DNA from: Octopus vulgaris
Lineage: Eukaryota
Assembly: GCA_951406725.2 (NCBI GenBank)
Contig: OX597834.1
Location: forward strand, 37,882,001-37,946,000
DNA: 64,000 nucleotides
Direction of reading: 5' to 3'
Shown here piece by piece: positions 58,858-64,000 of this stretch. How positions within the stretch are numbered: the first letter of the stretch is position 1; each line of letters begins with the position of its first letter. Under the pieces are notes generated by a model. It made no database searches. It was given only the letters and a program-made list of their open reading frames with translations, and was not told the origin of the DNA. A program made the position numbers and the translations under genes.

Positions 58858-61565
58858 TGTGTGTTTGGAGAAGGGGAGAGAGACAAAAAGAGAAAAGGGA
58901 AAATAAAAATAATAATAATAAAAATAAAAAATTAAAAAATTAAAAAAATAAAATAAAATAAAAACAAAAAATAAAAAATAAAATAAAAAAATATAAAGAA
59001 TAAATAAAATATATAAAGAATAAAAAATAAAAAAATAAAAATAAAAATAAAAATAAGGGAGGAAGTGGAGAAGAAAAAATATTTTTGTGTGTTGATATTT
59101 ATACCAACACATATATATACACACACACACAGACTTATACATAAAATATTTGAAAAAACCTTTTTATCGGTTCAAAATGAACAACCAAATTATACCATCT
59201 TGAAAGTTGTATGTCATAGGAAAGTTAAAATTAAAGTGACAATTAAAGGGTAAAGATGGAAGTGAATTATAAAGATAATAATATAATATGATGTATATAA
59301 CAGGCAATACACACATCTACACACACACAGATTTTTCCTTCAATGTATGTTGAGTAAAGTTTCAGCCATTTAATTTGGGGGAGAACTTAGCTATGAAATG
59401 TTTTTCCATATTCCTCCTGAAGGGGGTGTCATTCTTCGGACACTTGTAGAAGGGAAATATCTTAAATTTTCCTTCTCCACATGTAGCTAGGTGTGTGCTT
59501 AGTGGTATTTTGCGTAGTTCTTCCTGCCGAATATGTTGTCGGTGGATCCTGGCTCGCTGGCACAAAGAATTACCAGTTTCTCCTACGTAATTCTCCTTGC
59601 ATGTGGGGCAGGTTATGCAGTATATGACGTTCTGCGTCTTGCAGTTCATATCTGCATTTACTTTGAATATGACACCATTTTTAAATCTTATCTCTCTGTT
59701 GCTCTCTATGTATTTGTAGGTGGGGTTGCTGCAGGTCCCACATCTACCATCTCCGCACTCTTTTGCAAAGAATTCCGTTTTAGTTTCTGAAGAGAATTTC
59801 GCTCTTGTTAGGTGTTTTTTTTGGTTTTTGTCCTGTCGTCTACTGTTTTTTATGCTATATTTGTTTAATATGTTTTTCATTTTGGGGCTCTGTAAGGCTA
59901 TTGGTAGGTTTGAATGTATGGTTTGGAAGATGTTGGTAACTCCAGGGTTGTGTGTGTTTATAAAAGGGATAGTGTTTTCTTTGTTTTTTGTTTTGGGTGT
60001 CCTGAGTTGTGTGATGTCTAGTTTTAATGCTCTTGTGATTCCATTTTCTATTAGTTTAAGGGGGTATTTTTGCTCTAGGAGGAAGCTTTTGAGTTCATCT
60101 AGTCTTATTAATCGTATTTGTGAATCAGTTACTATGCTACATATTCGTCGTGCCATACTATATGGGATGTTTCTTTTTGTGTGGGATGGGTGGCAGGAGT
60201 GGAAATTTAAGTATTGATGTGTGTCAGTTTTTTTGTAGCGGATGTCTGTTGTGACGATGGAGTTGTGTATTTTGATGTTGATGTCTAGGAAGGGAAGTTC
60301 GTTGTGGCTGGTATCTATTGTGAAATTGATAGATGGGTGCAGCGTATTGAGGATGTTGTGGAATGTTTGTAGGTCCTCTTCTGATCTGTTCCAAAAGATG
60401 AAACAGTCATCGAGGTAGCGTTTCCACTTTTTCTTGATGTCTTCTCTGAAGTCGTGTTCGAAGACTTTCCCTATTTCGTCATATAGTTTTTTCTCCAGGA
60501 AGCCCATCACTAGGTTGGCATATGAAGGTGCGAATTTTGTACCCATAGCCGTGCCTTTTATCTGTCGGTATGTCTTGTTGTTGAATGAGAATGTGTTTTC
60601 TTCTAGTATTAGTTGGGTGGCTTGGGTGATAAAGTTTGTCTTGAAGCGTTCATCTATAAGTTCTCTGTATTTTTCTATTGATTGTTTTATAGCTTCTAGA
60701 CCTAGGGTGTGTGGTATGTTTGTGTATAGATTTGTGACATCAAAGCTTGCAAGTATGGTGTTTTTCGGGACTGTATTTGGAATGTGTGTGAGGAAGTCTA
60801 TGTCATCCCTTATGTAGCTTGGAATCTGTGGGCATAGAGGTTTGAGGAGTATATCTATGAAGTGGCTTAGTTGTTGTGTTGGTGCCTGGGGTCCTGCCAC
60901 TATTGGTCTCATCGTGAGGTCTGCAGGTCTTTGTACTCTTATGTAGTGGTTCCTCTGTTCCTTTATGGCTCTCTGTATTTCCGAGCTTTTATGAATTTTA
61001 GGTAATCCATAAAAGTTGCTTTCTTTGGTTTGTGAGTTGCATAGATAATCTTCCTCCTTATCTGTAAAGGAGTCCTGATATTCATTGACTAAAGTTCTAA
61101 TTTTTCTTATTGTTGTTTTCTCCGGTGGTGTTGGTTCCTCTTTGTAATATGTCTGGTTGTTCAGTAACTCTAGTATCTTTTCTTTGTAGTAATCTGTGTC
61201 CATAATTACTATTGCTCCACCTTTGTCAGCTTCTTTTATAACGATTGATTTGTCATTTTTCAGTTTTTGTAGGGCTTGCTTTTCTTCTCTGCGGAGATTC
61301 TGTTTGCATTTGTGTGTGTGAAGAGGGAATTTGGATATTGTTTCTATGTACGTGTCAAGGTGTTTGTCACTTCCCTTGTAAGGGGTGAAGTGGGATTTTT
61401 TTCTTATGATTGAGTTATCTTCTGTTTCTTTATTTTCAAAGAATTCCATAAGGCGGAGGTAGCGGCTGAAGTTATCTATGTCAGTTTTTAGTTCTATGAG
61501 GTTTGGAGTGGGTGTAGGTGTAAATTTGAGGCCTTTTAGTAGTAGGTTCATTTCATATTCGTCAT
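58600..61565 (-). mobile_element. Penelope-like element, approximate extent including putative 3' UTR
   Basis: The ORF above plus a downstream T-rich non-coding tail, bounded by (TG)n/(CA)n tracts. The 3' boundary is a guess. Confidence 0.6.
59362..61551 (-). CDS. Penelope-like retroelement polyprotein (reverse transcriptase + GIY-YIG endonuclease), Neptune-type
   Basis: Open 729-aa frame with PLE N-terminal motifs LLKGLKFTPTP and KEADKGG. RT motifs: FYGLPKIHK, RPIV, SFDVTNLYTNI, GTAMGTKFAPSYANL, RYLDD, LPFLDI. Cys linker CGDGRCGTC. GIY-YIG domain NVIYCITCPTCKENYVGET..R..H..H, ending PKLN. The frame continues upstream of the ATG (..HDEYE-M) into a (CA)n tract, so the true start is uncertain. 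Confidence 0.95.
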   Translation of the reverse strand: MNLLLKGLKFTPTPTPNLIELKTDIDNFSRYLRLMEFFENKETEDNSIIRKKSHFTPYKGSDKHLDTYIETISKFPLHTHKCKQNLRREEKQALQKLKNDKSIVIKEADKGGAIVIMDTDYYKEKILELLNNQTYYKEEPTPPEKTTIRKIRTLVNEYQDSFTDKEEDYLCNSQTKESNFYGLPKIHKSSEIQRAIKEQRNHYIRVQRPADLTMRPIVAGPQAPTQQLSHFIDILLKPLCPQIPSYIRDDIDFLTHIPNTVPKNTILASFDVTNLYTNIPHTLGLEAIKQSIEKYRELIDERFKTNFITQATQLILEENTFSFNNKTYRQIKGTAMGTKFAPSYANLVMGFLEKKLYDEIGKVFEHDFREDIKKKWKRYLDDCFIFWNRSEEDLQTFHNILNTLHPSINFTIDTSHNELPFLDINIKIHNSIVTTDIRYKKTDTHQYLNFHSCHPSHTKRNIPYSMARRICSIVTDSQIRLIRLDELKSFLLEQKYPLKLIENGITRALKLDITQLRTPKTKNKENTIPFINTHNPGVTNIFQTIHSNLPIALQSPKMKNILNKYSIKNSRRQDKNQKKHLTRAKFSSETKTEFFAKECGDGRCGTCSNPTYKYIESNREIRFKNGVIFKVNADMNCKTQNVIYCITCPTCKENYVGETGNSLCQRARIHRQHIRQEELRKIPLSTHLATCGEGKFKIFPFYKCPKNDTPFRRNMEKHFIAKFSPKLNG

Positions 61566-61767
61566 GTGTGTGTGTACTTATCTACGTGTGCGCTCAGTAA
61601 CGAAACACGGAGGTGCGTTACGTTATTAGTTTAAGGGTAACATTTCTCGCTATAATAACTCTACAAATATTCGTATAAATGATGATTTATTCGGGGCCGC
61701 TGCATAGAGTGATGCAATAGATACAAACAGTCGAATTCTAAAGCGTTATATAAAGGAAATTACCAAG

Positions 61768-61820
61768 ACTCCTACTTCAGAAATTGTTTGTTTCGAGGAA
61801 TGTGTCTCTCATCAGGCAGT
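61768..61820 (-). ncRNA. Possible hammerhead motif upstream of the PLE ORF
   Basis: Minus strand reads ACUGC CUGAUGA GAG acacauuc CUC GAAA C aaacaauuucugaa GUA^ GGAGU. Helix I has 4 of 5 pairs and helix III is weak. Confidence 0.4.
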
Positions 61821-62422
61821 GTAAAATCATAGAATTCTTGTATCCATCAATTAGTTGGTCATAAGTACTGAACTATTAAGTGGTTCTTTCAGCTAATTGG
61901 GTATAAAAATTCTTTCTTATGGCACACATCTTTGGTCAAACTCCTTCGAATCCCCCTTACATTCCATTAGTGGCGCCACTTATCTTACAGGTACTTGATA
62001 AATATTTGTACCACACTTGCTTTGGCACTTAATAGCAGACTCTTTATGTATGTATGTATATATGTATATATGTATGTATGTGTGTGTGTGTATGTGTATG
62101 TATGTATGTATGTATGTATGTATGTATGTATGTATGTATGTATGTATGTACGTATATGTATGTATATGTATGTATATGTATGTATGTATATGTATGTATA
62201 TGTATGTATATGTATGTATGTATGTATGTATGTATGCATGTATGTATGTATGTATATATATGTATGCATGTATGTATGTATGTATGTATGTATGTACGTA
62301 TATGTATGTATGTATATGTATGTATATGTATGTATGTATGTATGTATATGTATGTATATGTATGTATATGTATGTATGTATGTATGCATGTATGTATGTA
62401 TGTATGTATGTATGTATGTATG

Positions 62423-62611
62423 TACTAGGGGGCTGCTGAAAAGTTCCTGGCTTTTAGGGTGTCATGAAAGGCCTGGTTGGAGGCCCAACCTCCCGAGATT
62501 TTTCAGGGCTTAGAAAAATTGAATGAACCCCAGCAATAAGGGTGTGAATCTAACTGATCTTCCTCTATTTTCTGTTACCCGAAGCCAAGAACTTTTCATC
62601 ACCCACTCGTA
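62423..62611 (+). mobile_element. Mariner-derived MITE, internally deleted copy
   Basis: Same TIRs and body as 63386-63604. Confidence 0.75.
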
Positions 62612-62875
62612 TGTATGTATGCATGTATGCATGTTTGTATGTATGTATGTATGTGTGTGTGTGTATGTATGTATGTATGTATGTGTGTGTGTATGTATGT
62701 ATGTATGTGTGTATGTATGTATGTATGTATGTATGTATGTATGTATGTTTGTATGTATGTATGTATGTGTGTGTATGTATGTGTGTATGTATGTATGTAT
62801 GTATGTATGTATGTATGTATGTATGTATGTATGTATGTGTATGTATGTATGTATGTATGTATATATGTATGTATG

Positions 62876-62907
<32 letters not shown>

Positions 62908-63215
62908 TATATGTATGTATGTATGTATGTATGCATGTATGTATGTATGTGTGTATGTATGTATGTATGTGTGTGTATGTATGTATGTATGTATGTATGT
63001 ATGTATGTATGTATGTATGTATGTATGTATGTATGTATGTATGCATGTTTGTATGTATGTATGTGTGTATGTATGAATGTATGTATGTATGTATGTATGT
63101 ATGTATGTGTGTGTGTATGTATGTATGTATGTATGTGTGTATGTATGTATGTATGTATGTATGTATGTATGTGTGTGTATGTATGTATGTATGTATGTAT
63201 GTATGTATGTATGTA

Positions 63216-63246
<31 letters not shown>

Positions 63247-63283
63247 GTATGTATGTATGTATGTATGTATGTATATATGTATG

Positions 63284-63315
<32 letters not shown>

Positions 63316-63325
63316 TGTATGTATG

Positions 63326-63359
<34 letters not shown>

Positions 63360-63385
63360 TGTATGTATGTATGTATGTATGTATG

Positions 63386-63604
63386 TACTAGGGGGCTGCT
63401 GAAAAGTTCCTAGCTTTTAGGGTATCACGAAAGACCTAATTGGAGGCCCAACCTTCTGATTTCTTCTCGGGGCTTAGAAAATCTGAAGGACTCCTGCAAT
63501 AGGAGTGTGAATCTGAGAGGGGAATATTGAATAAAATCATAATTAACTGATCCTCCAGTATTTACTTTAACCCAAAGCCAGGAACTTCTCAACACCCCTT
63601 CGTA
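63386..63604 (+). mobile_element. Mariner-derived MITE (about 220 bp) in (TATG)n
   Basis: TA-flanked imperfect TIRs (GGGGCTGCTGAAAAGTTCCTAGCTTT / AAAGCCAGGAACTTCTCAACACCCC). The internal sequence encodes GLENLKDSCNRSVNLRGEY, resembling a mariner transposase C-terminus. Confidence 0.8.
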
Positions 63605-64000
63605 TGTATGTATGTATGTATGTATGTATGTATGTATGTATGTATGTATGTATGTATGTATGTATGTATATATGTATGTATGTATGTATCGTTTAAAAGA
63701 TATTTGGCTTTCAAAAGCGTTTATATTGTGTTAAATAAGAAGCCCCCAAGGAGTTACATCGGCCCAAGAATTGCATTAAACCTCGTTTGTATCAGCATAT
63801 TCAAACGCTTAACAAAATCAAACAGAAAATTTTGCCATAGGCCATTGCAATCAGATAGTATTTCTGCTCCAAATCTACAAATCAAACAAATCTGCGAGGT
63901 TTCTTTGAAGAGAAATCATAGATGTTATTTCAAGACGATAACGGATTGAATGAATGTTCGGATGTGTTAGATTACTACAGACATTGTTCAAAGAGCCTAC

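Larger units (their letters stand above)
62045..63690. repeat. (TATG)n array containing two MITE copies
   Basis: Direct reading. Confidence 0.95.

Noticed and set aside
59533-60817. Plus-strand ORFs of 85-165 aa
   Set aside because: Antisense shadows of the PLE ORF.
63690-64000. Complex sequence at the window end, possibly an exon or transposon
   Set aside because: No recognisable motif, and it is cut by the window edge.

Overview
Gene-poor, AT-rich eukaryotic DNA dominated by microsatellites ((TA)n, (CA)n, (TATG)n, (TATC)n, (AAT)n, (GAT)n). It carries many tRNA-derived SINEs whose style suggests an octopus or other coleoid cephalopod genome (inference). No host protein-coding exon could be supported, and nearly all ORF-track entries are microsatellite artefacts. 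The one genuine long ORF (59362-61551, minus) is an uninterrupted Penelope-like element (PLE) RT plus GIY-YIG endonuclease of Neptune type. Also present are decayed R4/Dong-like and CR1-like LINE relics and a mariner-derived MITE. Reading for RNA structure shows about eight hammerhead ribozyme (HHR) motifs in several small non-coding elements, mostly inserted in (TA)n tracts; these are probably PLE-mobilised, retrozyme-like elements. The most striking observation is one repeat family (12215-12288 and 56360-56435, minus). It has all hammerhead core nucleotides and all three helices, with compensatory changes between copies. Its three strands lie in the order C-B-A, which is not one of the known circular permutations (types I/II/III), so it is a candidate new pseudoknotted or trans-assembling hammerhead topology. 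All structures were folded by eye and none has been tested for activity.
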